This document shows, piece by piece, positions 48,755 through 61,550 of a stretch of 64,000 nt of DNA; position 1 is the first letter of the stretch; every line of letters starts with the position of its first letter. The notes beneath the pieces were generated by a model that searched no databases, was not told the origin of the DNA, and saw only the letters and a program-made list of their open reading frames with translations. The stretch spans positions 1,053,224-1,117,223 of the forward strand of contig ML996694.1 of the NCBI GenBank assembly GCA_010356995.1, in the 5' to 3' direction. The position numbers and the translations under genes are program-made. The stretch comes from Trichodelitschia bisporula. Taxonomy: Eukaryota.

Positions 48755-49565
48755 CTACTTCTGCATCATAAGCTGAACAAACTCGTTGTCTGTGGAGTTA
48801 GTAAGTATTCTGTTACGGGATGAACTTTCTCACAATCGATCCGGCCATCGCCATCCTGGTCAGCCTCCCGAATCATCTCATCGACCTCATCATCGGTGAG
48901 CTTCTCACCGATGGAAGTCATGACATGACGAAGCTCAGCAGCAGAGATAAAGCCATTGTTATCACGGTCGAAAACCTTGAAGGCCTCGCGGATCTCCTCC
49001 TCGGAGTCCGTATCCTTCATCTTGCGGGCCATCATGGTGAGGAACTCAGGGAAGTCGATGGTGCCATTGTTGTCAGCGTCCACTTCGTTGATCATGTCCT
49101 GCAGCTCCGACTCGCTCGGGTTCTGGCCCAGCGAGCGCATCACGGTGCCCAGCTCCTTGGTTGTAATCTGGCCTATCAGGCATATGCGTCAGCGCGGATT
49201 CGTGGGTTGCGATATGATGCGTCGCATCGTGCGCCTGCTTGCAGCCTGCAGGTACAGGTATCGAGCGGATTGGTAGCGCTTCTATCGAGACTCACCATCG
49301 CCATCCTTGTCCTATAGGAGGATATCGCGATTAGCCCAGGCTCAGGTTGAGGGGTAATGGTGTTGATCTGCCCCACCATACGGAAATGCGCAGGTGGGAA
49401 TCGATGAGAATGACTTACAAACAGAGAAAAGGCTTCCTTAAACTCGGAGACTTGCTCCTCGGTAAGAGAATCGGCCTGAGATGATAATTAGCGAAGGGTT
49501 CAAGAGGATGAAGGAATGGTTATGGATGGAGAAGTGGGGAAACGGGTAACGCAGCAACACACCAT
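48755..49565 (-). CDS. cmdA: Calmodulin, 5 coding exons (ATG-only first exon)
   Basis: [70 protein letters not shown]...[14 protein letters not shown]; four EF hands. Confidence 0.98.
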
Positions 49566-50035
49566 ATTTAGGGTGAGGGGATTGCGGCAAAAAAAGCGGC
49601 AGAGATGAAGATCTGTACAAGAGTGATAGGCTCGGGAATCGACGAGACAAACTCGTACGCTGTACTTCCTTTCGTGAGGTGGTGATGCAGATGAGGGGAA
49701 GACCGTTGAACAGGTTTGCCTCAGCTGAGGGTCAATGGCGGGGCAGAGGGAGCCCCTCCCGCGGCCGTGCGTCACGGAACCTTGGCACCACTTTTCCGGT
49801 CAATGTGCTTAGTCACACAATTTTACTCCCTGTTGCCTTGCAGCCCCAGGCAGAAAGAACGCTAATGCCGGGGCCCGAGCTTCTCGTCCGATGAGCCTCA
49901 GTAGGGAGGACGTCACTCAGGCCAGCTCTCCCTATCCTCGCATTCACTCCTACTATGGTGCTGCCGACAATTCTAGCTCTCAACCCTCCCCGCACATCTC
50001 TAACCTGATTTCTCTCCTCTTTCTCGCGCTCCGCC

Positions 50036-51279
50036 ATGTGGCGAGATCGCACAAACCTGTTCGTCAGCCTCCGGACACCGTTCCCTAGCTATGCTAACAT
50101 TTTCCTAGCTACATTTCCTATCGCCAGTCGTACTCGCATCATCCCGCTAAACGGCCACAGCATGGCATCCTCGGACCGTATGGTGACTCAGGCGCCTCGG
50201 GCATCGTGCCCGAGGAGCGCCGCGGCCTCATGTCGGCGGGCGCATACGAGGACGATGGCGACGCGGTGATTGAGATGGACCTGCTTCCGCCGCGGTGGAT
50301 GGACGTGCAAGACGAGGTGACGGAGATGCTTCAGGACATCGCGTCACAGACGCGCAAGCTCGAACAGCTACACCAGAAGCACGTTTTACCCGGCTTTGAC
50401 GATGAGGACGTGAAGAAGCGCGAGGAGCGCGAGATCGAGCGTGTTACACAGGCTATCACGCGCCAGTTTCACGGGTGCCAAAAGGCCATCCAGCGCATCG
50501 ATAAGATGGTCAAGGAGAGCCGAGAAACTGGAGGCGTGAGCAAGGGCGAGGAGGCGATGGCGCGGAACTTGAAGGTTTCTCTTGCTGGGCGGGTCGGTGA
50601 TGCGAGTGCGCTCTTCCGCAAGAAGCAGTCTGCTTACTTAAAGAGTACGTCTATGCTCTAATCCTAGGGCCTTGCTAATCCCTTAGAACTGCGCTCCATG
50701 GGCGGTTTCGCATCCCCTATCCCTTCCTCTACCCCCATCCCGAACGCCTACGCCACCGACCCCTCCCTTATGGAGTCTGAAACGGATCGCTCATTCTCGC
50801 AGTCGACACTCATGCAAGCGCATCAAAGCCGGATGCATAACCCGAATGAGACTGCCATCGCGCAGCGGGAGCGGGAGATCGAAGACATCGCGCAGGGCAT
50901 CATCGAGCTGGCCAACATCTTTCAAGAGCTGCAGACCATGGTCATCGACCAAGGCAGCATGCTAGACCGCATCGACTACAACGTGGAGCGCATGGCCGTG
51001 GACGTCAAGGCTGCGGATAAGGAACTGACCGTGGCAACGGGGTACCAAAAGCGCAGCGTGAAGCGCAAGGTCCTCCTGCTGCTCATCATCCTGGTGGCTG
51101 GCATGTTCATCCTGCTTGGACTTAAGCTGAGCAGCAAATCTTCACCACCGGCGCCTGCTCCAGTTGCTCCTCCAGCCGTCGAGCAGCCGCCGCAGTTCGT
51201 GAGGAAAAGTGATACGGAGGCTGTAGCGCTAGGACTGCGGAGAAACTGGAGGCGGAGGAAGCGGCGGCTGTGGGATTAA
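50036..51279 (+). CDS. TLG2: TGN/endosomal t-SNARE (syntaxin-16 family); introns 50059-50108 and 50645-50686
   Basis: MWRDRTNL|YISYRQS, LPPRWMD, KHVLPGFDD, SNARE motif MVIDQGSMLDRIDYNVE, C-terminal TM helix. Confidence 0.93.
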
Positions 51280-51607
51280 GCAGCGACGAGGTTGCTGTGA
51301 GATGATACTGTACTATTATAGACTTAATGCAGCGGGTTTGCCTTTTGGTTTTGAGATCTATCAAATGCGTGCGAGGGCAAGGGGAGGGCAGCCTAATGTT
51401 GCTCAGTGATGAATGGCCGCTTCCTTAGTCAGAGGATCTAGATAGGCCTAAATAAGCTGATACGAGTGATCGACAAGTGCGTATTTTCCAGAAGTCAAGC
51501 CGGCTAACGGACATACTTAACCCATACAGATCAAAAGTTTAGACAACGTGTCAGAATTGCAGCAAGCGACCCCAACCCCTATGTGCCTCGCCCATGGCAC
51601 CAACCCT

Positions 51608-54600
51608 CTACTCAACCACTTGAACCACTGCCTTAATCCTATGCAACTTCATCTTACGCTCCTTCTTCCTCCCAAGCTTAGACCACGCCCTCCGCTTCTC
51701 CAACGCACTCCCCACCGGCTGCCCCTGTGCGAACACCGTGGCTCCATTGCCCGGAACCCCGAAGAACAGCTCCGCGCCGTCGATGATGCCGGCGCGCAGG
51801 GTGCCGTCGCAGTCGATGGACCACACACTGACCTGTTAGTATGCTAAAAGGTTGAGAGTGGAGTGGCTTACGTGGTAATGTAATCATCCGAATTCTGCCC
51901 GTCAGAACTGGTGGGTACGAAGCCGAGGTGCTCATCTGGGAAGATGGCGAGGACGGCGGAGCCGGAGGGTGAGTTGTACACGAGGTCGTAGACGCTGAGG
52001 CGCGGTTAGCTTCTTTCCTCTTGGGGGGTTTGGACTAGGACATACCCGCAAGGCGCATTCGGCGGCCGGCTGAAGGTGTAGAACGTGTTTGGATCCGTAC
52101 CGTTGGGCGATACTACGGCAGTGTTGTTCTGGTTTACAATTTCTAGCCCGCTGGCGGCGTCTTGGAGGACCTATGTCGTTAGGAGGGTCCGTTAGGGAGA
52201 GGAGGGGCTTACAATGCGGTCAGTTCCTGCGTCGGGGTTGGCTTTGCAACCGGTGTAGTCGGCGGGATACATTGCTTGATAGCCTGGCAAGGTTAGAGGT
52301 GGATTTACCGGGGCATGGAAGGAGAAGCATATACCTCTATTGCTCGTACTATTCGCAACACTGCGAACGCAGCTACTGCTCGCAGAAGCGGGTGTGCCAC
52401 CAGACGTCGGGCTTGGACCGGAGCTGGGGATTGATGTCACAGCCGATGGGGGCGTCGTGCCTGGAGCACCGGAGGACGAGTTGGCGGCCGCGGATGTAAC
52501 GTTCGGGGAGGTGGATGAGGGTGATACAGATGGGCCTGGGGTTGCTTCTGATGGGGCCCCAGCGGGAGTTGGTTCGACTAATGGCGAGTTCTCTGCTGTG
52601 CTATTGGGAGTCCCGCTCCCGGTAGCTAGCGAAGGGGCGGCGGATGTAACGTTCGGGAGGAGGGATGGTGCTCCTGATATCGACGATTCTGGAGTTGCTT
52701 CAGGGGACACCCCAGTGGGCTCGATGGACGGGGAGCTCAGGGCCGTGGTGTTGGGCGCCGTACCACTTCCGCTAGGTGCAGCAACTCCAACAGACGTGGC
52801 ATTTGGCAGCAATGATGGTTCTCCAGATATCGATTCTGGTGTCGGCTCTGGCGATGTGCCCGTCAGTAGAGGCGGACTTCCGGTAGGCGAAGCAATTCCG
52901 GCAGATGTCTCATTTAGCGGCGATGATGGTACTCCAGATATCGATCCCGGTGTCGGCTCTGGCGATGCACCTGTCAGCAGAGGCTCACTTCCAGTAGGCG
53001 AAGCAATTCCAGATGTGGCGTTCAGCAGCGATGAAGGCGCCCCAGATATCGATTCCGGAGTCGGCTCCGGCGATACACCCGTAGATAGAGGAGCACTACC
53101 GATTGGCGCGGCACCCCCAGTAAACGTGGTATTGAGGACCGAAGATAGGAATGCAGATAGCGATCCCGGTGTCGGCTCTGACGACACACCTGTCAGTAGC
53201 GGCGCACTTCCGGTAGGCGAAGCAATCCCGGCAGATGTGGCATTAGGGAACGAAGACGGCACTCCCGATATTGGCCCGGGTGTCGAGTCCGACACCCCTC
53301 CTATCAGTGGCGGCCCAGCTGTGGGTGTGCCCACGGCGGTGCTGTTTTCGATGCCGCTTCCTGTAGGCAAAGGGCCACTGGCTGAAGATGGCGCCTCCGC
53401 TGTGGTGAGATTGGCAGCAGCAGAGGAAGCGTTAAGGGAGGGGATCGGAGAAACTCCTGCGGGAATCGACGCATCGGGTGTTGCTAACGGTTCGACTCCC
53501 GTTGGAGATCCAATGCCGCTAGATGGAGCGGCATCACTGGCGCCCGAAGTGGCATTGGGGAAGAGAGGCGACGAGGGCGCGCCGGATACTGGCAGACCTG
53601 TGCTACCAACGGACGGCTCGGGAGTCGGCTCGACGGCTGTGTTCAGCGGGACGGCGCTTCCGGCGGATGGAGCAACGGGCGACGTGGCATTCGGGAAGAC
53701 GGGCAGCGACGAGCCACCCGATACTGACCCTAGGGTTTCAAGCGGGGCGCCCACAGACGATGGCTCAGCGAAAGGAGTCTCTGCTGTCGTGTTTGAAGGG
53801 ATACTGCTTGTAGATGAAGGGCCGGAGACGGGCGATGTGGCGTTGAGGGATGGAAGAGGTGCCCCCGATATCGAAGCCGCGGGTGTTTCTGGCGGTAGCT
53901 CAGATGAAGAAACTTCGGTGGCATTCGTGGGCACCGCCGCACTCGTTCCAGACGGAACTTCAGCTGCTGAGGTAGCATTCGGGAAGGGAGGGGATGAGGG
54001 CAAGCCAGATGGCAATACCGAGCTGGACGGTTCGACGGACGCAGGTTCAGCAGTGGCATTCGGACCAATCCCGGTTCCAAGTGCGGTAGGGGCAGATGCA
54101 GATGTCACATTTGGCGAGAACGGAGAAGACGGTGAACCCGATACTGGCGGCAATTCTGGAGCTCCACTCTCCTCGGTGGCATTGGAAGGGGCCACACCGC
54201 TTGCCGGAGATGGAAGAGACGTGGCATTCAGCGAAGTTGAAGGCGTTAGTGATGCCGGTTCAGTTGCGTTAGGGCCTGAGGGTCCGGTGGCATTTGTTGG
54301 AAGGGTAGCTTCGGGAATGCCGCTAGATGGTCCAGAAGTGAGCAGCGAAGTCGGTGTGGAACTTTCAGTTCCGTTGACGGACGGGACGCTCGTCAAGTTT
54401 GCCGGAGATGCTGTTCCAAGGGGCCCGCTGGGTGACGGTTCGGTAACATTAGAAGTTGGCGTGGCGGCACTCGTCACATTCGATGGGTTAGGAATTATGC
54501 TTGCCGAAGGCTCTGATGGCGCAGTACCCACGGCACTCGAGTTAGCTGAAAGCGAAGTAACTGGGGTTGAAGAAATATTGGCAACGGGGCTCGGAGACAG

Positions 54601-55427
54601 TCCGCTGCTGGCACCGGCAGTGGGAACGCCGCCAAACGCAGTGTTGCGCGGGAGCGTGAGGGTGACGCTGCCTGTGCCCTGCGTTGCTGGACGAGCACTT
54701 TCAGTACCGTTTGGCAAAGGAGGGACTGGGGGAATGGAAGATCCTGCCGGAGGACTGATCGTTGTGACAGAGGCTCCACACGAGCTGACTGTTATCACGT
54801 AAATGGTGTCTTCGGTCAAAGTGGTCGTTCCAAACTGAGAAGTGTAAGCAGATGGGAAGTCATAGGTAAGATACGGATGGGAAAGAGGGTTGGAAAGCTT
54901 GGGAGTTATGATGGAAGGGGGAGAGCATACTGGAACGATGGAAGTGCTCGTCCCAGGAGTGAATCCAAGGCACGAGCACACACTGGAGTAGCTCATCGGG
55001 TTGCTGCTGCATTCTGAAGTGGCATAATCCGGTACAGTTTTCGTAAGGGACGGGGAGGGACTGCTGCTCTCAGAAGTTTGCGAGACTTGTCGGCGCATAT
55101 GCTGGTTCGCATATGCCATATGCCGCCGATGTGTTGGTTGACATCCCATTGTCAAAGTGACTGTTGAAAGGGTAGAAGTTACAGTGTCTGTGGCAGAGCT
55201 AACCAGGTCAGTGAATGCAAGAGGAATGAGAGCAGGACATACGGTGTTGAACGAGTGATAGTCTCTGCAAGGAACGAGCTGCAATCAGTCTCGATCTTAG
55301 TAGCACTTTGCGGCCCGAAGCCCGCCTTTTCGACGGCAGAGGCACAGCTGTTCCATACACAGACATCCCGCTTAACGAGCGCAGCGGAGATGCTGTTCAC
55401 AAAGACGAAGAGAAAACAAGCCCTCAT
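51608..55427 (-). CDS. Large secreted mucin-like Ser/Thr/Pro glycoprotein, about 7 exons, with Cys-containing N- and C-terminal modules
   Basis: Signal-peptide-like MRACFLFVFVNSISAA, KR site, C..NSC...DCSSFL and YATSEC....YSSVCSC modules, many N-X-S/T sequons. Spliced 3' exons give ...YITTVWSIDCDGTLRAG... Confidence 0.75.
52790..53340 (-). repeat. Intragenic tandem repeat, ~111-bp (37-aa) unit, about 5 copies
   Basis: Anchor GATA(T)CGAT-like motif at 52826, 52937, 53045, 53156 and 53267 (spacing 111/108/111/111); unit approximately SISGxPSSxxNATSAGIASPTGSxPLLTGxSPEPTPx. Confidence 0.85.
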
Positions 55428-56919
55428 GATGAAAAAGGAGCGAAAGACCCTGGAACCTACTGACGAAAACATCAAGGCATGATCTCAGCATTTATACAGG
55501 AAGCTGCCGAGACCTGCTGGTTGCCGGCCAGCCGGCAAGGCCAAATCGGGAATACGTGATACAAGTAATGGCGAGCTATGTACTCAGACCTTGCAGCCTC
55601 GCGATAGCGACCTAACTGCAGGCTTTCCATTAACACGCCGAACGTTGGGTGCTTTGACAAGCCGCTGGGAGCCATGCGCGTTGTGGCTAAAGTGAGACTT
55701 GACGGTGAGCTCCTTGTTGATGTCAACTATAAAAGCGGATTGTAAATTGTGGGGCACTTCTCTGCTGAGTGGCATCTCGGATGGCTGCTTGGATGACATC
55801 GGGAAGATGCTGATACCACAAGTTTTCAAGATCCCTCGCCTTGGGGTTGCCTAACAAGAACCCATGCCCAGCCGCGTGTTGCAGCTCGAAGTAGCACTGA
55901 GGTGAAATTGTTGCCCCTCCGAGCTAACTGTGCCATCGACTTCGGCTGAGACCACAGAACAGGTTCGTATTGTGTATCGCGGAAGGAATACGGCAATGTG
56001 CCGTCGATCATAGTCTTAGGGGACCGAGGCGGCTTGTATCTCCCCTTTTGAGGGGCATTGTTCTGGCTGTGGATGCGTTTGCGTTTGCGAATGTTCAATC
56101 TGGAAATCCCTCACGCCATTGAAGCACAAGGTCAGCCTGGACGGGCATGCGGGCCTCCTTACACAAAATAGTAGTTGAGAACCTGAGATCTGAACGGGTG
56201 GCCTAAAACAGCATCACGGGGAGCGGTAGGGGAGACCTTGATCGAGTATTCTTCTAGATTTGTCCCAGCTAGTAACCTCCAGGCTGTGTAGGTGCGTCTT
56301 TTGCGAGGGTCTGTACCAAATCGAATGTAGTGGCGGAATCGTACCTGACTTGTGTAATGCTGCACCAACGCACGTCTCAGCCGTGTAAATGCAAGACGCC
56401 GCAGTTGCATTGGTTACACAATCAAGGAACTGGATGCCGCCCAGCCCGTTGGCCGTCATCGCTTTCGCACTTCACTCAGCTTCGTGTAGCCCTCATTTGC
56501 GGAGGTCCTCAGGGCGGGCATCAGTGCCATCAAAAGGAAGTTTGCTTCGAGTCGGGGAATTGGGAAGGAGGCATCACGCGATGTACCAGGAAAAACGAGG
56601 AGCATATTGGAGATCAAGGAGCATACCGCCGGGAGCATACCGGTGAGCCTTCCCGGTTGACGACACTCAAGAGTTGTAGTGCCAGTTGGGAAAAGCGGTT
56701 AGTGGCCGTGTCGAACTCGTGGGCAGACATTCAATTCGGCAATTTGACAGGAGCTGAATGAAACACAGTTCCTCGATTAATTCTACAAAGCCAGCGGCCC
56801 GGTTAGTGGCCGTACTTCGGCTTCAGACGGCCCACAATGCCGGTTCACCTGGACTGATAGTCAGTACGATGCGGGGAAGCATGACACAAAGGTCCGTTTA
56901 TAGTAGTTATTCAAGTACC

Positions 56920-57381
56920 TCAGAGCTTTGCCCGTAGACCCTGCTCGTGGATGAGCCTCTGTACCGCGTCCACACCCGCCTGCGCAACTTCCTGGTCCTG
57001 AGCAGGAGTACCGGTGGAGCAGCCTACAGCCCCGAGCACTTGGCCGCTTTTGTTCAAGATCGGAAGGCCACCACCAACAGTCATGAATTTTCCCCCATTG
57101 GAATGGTTGATGCCGAAAGCTGGGCCCCCAGGCCATACAGCTTCCTTGTAAATGTGCGTGCCAGCGCGGTGGCCAGCGGCCGTAAATGCCTTGTTGATAG
57201 CAATGTCGATTGAGGTAAGCTTCGCGCCGTCCATACGACTAAAGTGGAGAAGATGGAGGGTGGTGTCGACGACGGCAATGTTCATCACCAAGCCTATCGC
57301 GCGAGCTTTGGCTTCACAAGCCTCTCCCACTGCTTTGGCAGCCTCAAGGGTGAGGGTTTCGATGGTGGCTGTTGGCGGCAT
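56920..57381 (-). CDS. DUF336 / GlcG-PduO-HbpS-like heme-binding protein with C-terminal PTS1-like AKL
   Basis: NIAVVD...RMDGA...SIDIAINKAFTA and GGGLPI...GAVGCSTGTPAQDQEVA; ends LRAKL*. Confidence 0.88.
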   Translation of the reverse strand: MPPTATIETLTLEAAKAVGEACEAKARAIGLVMNIAVVDTTLHLLHFSRMDGAKLTSIDIAINKAFTAAGHRAGTHIYKEAVWPGGPAFGINHSNGGKFMTVGGGLPILNKSGQVLGAVGCSTGTPAQDQEVAQAGVDAVQRLIHEQGLRAKL

Positions 57382-58038
57382 CGGTCAAACGGGCAGCTCA
57401 GCTGTAACGCAGCACAGAGCAAGATGTTTGCACAAGAATTGAGAGGAACACGGAACGAGCTTTAATGCGTCTGGTGTGTGTACTTTGAGAGCGTGAGATT
57501 ACTGTTCAGCTGCACACGGCTGAAGGTCGAGAATCTGTAAGCAGTGAGCACGCTACCGATATGTGGGTCTGTATTTCCGGATATCTGATCGCGGGAATTT
57601 AAGGCGGGCATGAAGGGTGGTCATTGTGAAAAACCATGAACTCCAATTGGTGCAAGGCTATTCCGAGTCTCGAAAACCTACCGTATGTATGAGGTAACTG
57701 GGCATTGAGGTCATGGATGATCGGCAGATCGATGAGCTTTGGGCGAAATACCTGCATGTGAAAGCTGCAGGGAGGTCCAATGCTTGTTCTTCAACTGACG
57801 AACCCCTCCCCGCGCGGTAAGTGGTTGAGGGTGGAAGGCCGGACATTAAGCCGGACATTCGGAGTTGCTGTTGTCAGTGTTCTGGACGTAAGTTGAGAAC
57901 TGGATGTCATGTACGGGTATTCGTGCCCCTGCCGGTACCGCTCCGCGTCAGTCGACTGCGTCCAGCCTTGACGCTCATCTCTACCTACAACTAGTCCACT
58001 TGCGCCCCTCCTTTGGAGAGCTCAAGGCTACGCTCACA

Positions 58039-58545
58039 ATGGCTTCCGGTGGACAGCGGGTTCTCGCAATCAACAACCTTCTTGCCAACTACTGCATTGG
58101 CCTTGACACCAAGGACCTTGATCTTCTTCGGTCCGTATTCACGTCGGATGCTGAATTAGACTACTCGGGCGTCACGGCCTTCAAGGCGGTCCTCACGGGT
58201 GCCGACGACATCATCAACAAAGTAGCGCCGACCATAAAAGACAGGCATACTCAGCATGCGTTGAGCACGCAAAGACTCACATTCGAGGACGACGGGGATG
58301 TTTGCCTCGCCTTAACCTACTTCACAATGAACGGCTTCATTCCCGACGACGGGGGCGGATGGACGCACACGACCGTGTATGGGTATTATGACGACAAGCT
58401 GGACCAACTTTCCCCGGGAGAGTGGAGAATCTCCAAACGCACGATTCACACCTTTGTAGGCCTGCCATGTCCTAACTTTGCTCCCGTCTGACTCGCACCA
58501 TAGCACCCGAGGGTTACTAATGCGTCGGCAACGACGACGCCATGA
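58039..58545 (+). CDS. SnoaL-like/NTF2-fold protein; exons 58039-58455 and 58504-58545
   Basis: INNLLANYCIGLDTKDLDLLRSVFTSDAELDY, TQHALS, GYYDDKL...WRISKR; intron GTAGGC..CTGAC..TAG. Confidence 0.8.
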
Positions 58546-58661
58546 CAGTGCTCACCGCGTATCTGGACATTGCTGTGTATAGGACCCGTTGATGTATGGA
58601 TGAACTCCGTGGCTATGCTTTCCAACAATTATACACGTGATGAGGACATTGGCCGCTGTGA

Positions 58662-60813
58662 TCACCGTTTGCCTTTACCCTTTCTCTTCTTCCCAGTATC
58701 CTGTGCTTCCGCCACTGGAACTTCAATAGTTCCCTCAACGATATCGTCTCCGGCTTCTTTGAGCTTCTCGCTGCCGCTGATGAAGAAGGTCAAATCTCTG
58801 TTCTGTTCTTCCAAATCCCGTTTCTCGGCCTCCAGCTCGTCCCTCCTTCTACCCCCCTCGCTTAGCTTCTCATTTAAGAATCTTATCTTCTCCATCAGCG
58901 CCTCGTTCATCGTTTTCTCTTCTTTCCAGTCTTTGGTCAACTTTCGAGCCAGAGCGTCGGATTTCTCCGCCTTGCGGTTAGCACGCTCGAACTCCTTTTG
59001 CAAGATGGCTATGGTGCCTTGGGCTTCGGCGTGCTGAGTCTGCAGCTGATTGAGCTGCTGTGTGATTTTCTCCAGAGACGCTGCTGCAGACTCGGCGGCA
59101 GCAGATGCCTTGCTTGCTTTGCTTACCGCTCGCTCCATCTGCTCCTCGAAGTAAAGCCTTTGGCTCTCAAGTTGACTAGTGAGGAGGTAAGTGTACTCCG
59201 TGCTCATAGCATCCATCTTTTCACGTGGTACCATATCCGAGCCGGCCGATTCACCGCCAGCCCCTCTCGCCCCATTGTTGGCCCAGGCAGCCGACAAGTG
59301 GACCAATTTACCGTCAGTCTTATTTGTAATTATGCGATGCACGTATCCGTCGCCGGCGTAGTCCCACACATGTTGCGTCGTTATATCCATGGCAAAGCTA
59401 TGCCCCGTTTCCTCCCAGTGCGCGAAGGCATGGGCGCTGTCGTAACGGCCGCAGCCAACATTGCCGCAGATAAGACAGACCCATAGGTTGCCATTGCCGC
59501 CGCAGACGCTGCAAGCACATTCCGACTCATCCAGGGCGCACGTCAAGCCGGGAAAGCCTCCGGTTTGTGTGTAGCGGCAGACTGGACAGCCGCTCCCCCT
59601 CCATTTCTCCAGACAGGCGCAGTGAAAGACATGCTGGCAAAGGATAGTAAGGAGGCCGGAGCTCTCGTCATCCATGAGCTCCAGACATACGGGGCAGGTT
59701 GGCAGCTCTACTAAAGATGGCGTTGGGGGAGCTAATGGCTTCGCATTGAGAGCGGCCGCAAGGGCTGAGGGTTCCGAAACACTCGCGGTCGACTTACTTG
59801 TCGGGATGAAGGGGTCATTTGGCATGTTCGGAAAGCTGGACGGGTGTTGATGTTGGCCCTCTGTTTGAAATGTAATCGACTGCACGAAGACGACCTGGCA
59901 GGTTTCAGGCTGCGAGACTCAAGTGTTAGCTCAGTCACATAATTGATCTCATAAAGAAACAGTGTGAGCATACCTCCATAATATTGAAGAGCTTTCCGTT
60001 CCACTCCTTCTTCCATACCCTTGCCTTTTTTGCTTGCTTGAACTTCATAAGTACCATGTACTTGTTCGCCCGACCCGTGCGCAGCAGTCTGAAATGGCTG
60101 ACGTCTTCTCGAGTTTGTTCACCGAGGAAGCCAAGGATATCTGATGTCGTCATGTACGAGGGCACGGCAAGGATGCAAAGCGTCGTGCAATCCTCCTCCT
60201 TGAAAGCTCTTGGTTTGTCACTAGACTTGGAGAACTGATTATCGAGATCTGGAGTATCTTGAGCATCCCTGTACAGATGGATGACTCCCCAGCCGACTTC
60301 GGTATCCTTTGGATCTGAAGGCACAAACTTTGCTCTTGTAGATCCTTCTCTTGATGACGTTGTTGCCGGTGTGCGGTTGTGAGGCTTGTCCTCCTTCCCA
60401 TTACCGATCTGCGTCGGATCCGGCACCATATCTATGCTTTGTATGGTTACGCTGTCGTATCGCCAATCTCTAACAGCCCAGTGAAAAGGTGACGAGGAAG
60501 GCGGTGCGGCTGGAGCGCGTGTGTCGACACCGGAGGTTGCGGAGGATGAGGGTCGAAGGGGTAAGTTGGAAACTCCGGCGTGCTGCGAATGCTTCGTAAG
60601 TGCACTCGCAGGGTCTGACACAGCTTTTTCAGTAGAAGAGAGTTCCGAAGGCGGTGCTCTCCAAGGGGTGATTTTGTGAGCAGGAAGTCGGGCTGAGAAG
60701 ATGTTCACTCCAGGCGGTGGGATGTAGATTTGAGCGGGACCTGAAGGCTCAGTTGCAACAGACTTTGGAACCGGGTAGAGCTCAAGTGCGAGATGATAGA
60801 AGTAGGACGGCAT
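58662..60813 (-). CDS. ETP1: BRAP2/ETP1 RING-H2 and UBP-type zinc finger protein, 2 exons
   Basis: LCILAVPSYM, YMVLMKF, ELPTCPVCLELMD...CQHVFHCACL...CPVCR, WVCLICGNVGCGRY...HAFAH, VWDYAGDGYVHR, C-terminal coiled coil. Confidence 0.93.
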
Positions 60814-61550
60814 TAGGACAAGAGTGCCGTCAAGTGAAACCGCAGAGCATTGCTATTGAAAAACATTGAAGTTCGACGGAGGCGCGTGTAGATGTCGACG
60901 TCAAGTTCCGCGATGCAGCTTGCGCACGTGCCAGAAGCTTAGTAGGTGGCGCGGCCGCGCGGGGTCGCGCGGGGGTTAGCGGCTGCGGGCCCCGCCATGG
61001 CAGCGTCCGGTAACGAGTTGGCGAGTACGGTCTAGAACTATACACCCGTGGATACGTAGTAGATGGTAACTCTGCCTTGTGCGGGTTCGCAGTGTAACAC
61101 CAGGCGACCAGGTCCTTTCAGCAAAAGCAGGCCTCACCTCAGGAATGTCTCCTACTGCCTTCCCCTTGATTTTCCAGTGAATTCCCGCAAGTATGCCGCT
61201 TAAGGCATAGCGGCCTGACAACGGCCAGACAAGCACAGCATCCAGCCTGGTGTCTGAGAAGACATGATTTGGTGTGATTGCGACACAGGGATTACGTGGG
61301 ACTGTACAGTTGAAGAAAGGGATAAGCCAGATCACAAGTGCCAGGACAAAGAAAGCCATTTGCGAGGAGAGTATATCATCCCACGGGAAGCGTAGAGAAA
61401 GGGTATGCATAAGATTCGTCAAAGTTCACGCATAAATATCGCCCATAGGCATCAGCCTTGTCATTGCTCGTTCAGAGTAGTATCAGAGCCCCGAACACGC
61501 AGCCGACATCCCAATGCCTTCCCTGACGCCATGTCACCCGAACGAACCTC

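Noticed and set aside
48660..48757. Possible stop-codon readthrough extension of calmodulin and of other genes
   Set aside because: None of the stops examined has the TGA-CTA readthrough context, and the calmodulin extension does not end in a PTS1.
53480..53505. GGTTCGACTCCC tRNA T-loop/B-box-like motif
   Set aside because: Lies inside a coding exon; no cloverleaf or A box.
52340..54802. 820-aa plus-strand ORF
   Set aside because: Antisense shadow of the repetitive Ser/Pro/Thr mucin exon; the signal peptide, sequons and splice sites all support the minus strand.
55480..56690. Short ORFs upstream of the mucin-like gene
   Set aside because: No recognisable domains or consistent frame; treated as promoter or intergenic DNA.
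60976..61422. 148-aa minus-strand ORF and a GGTGTCTGAGAA motif reminiscent of a TPP riboswitch
   Set aside because: Overlaps the RPL8 3' region and ETP1 promoter; the remaining TPP aptamer elements are absent and there is no thiamine gene nearby.
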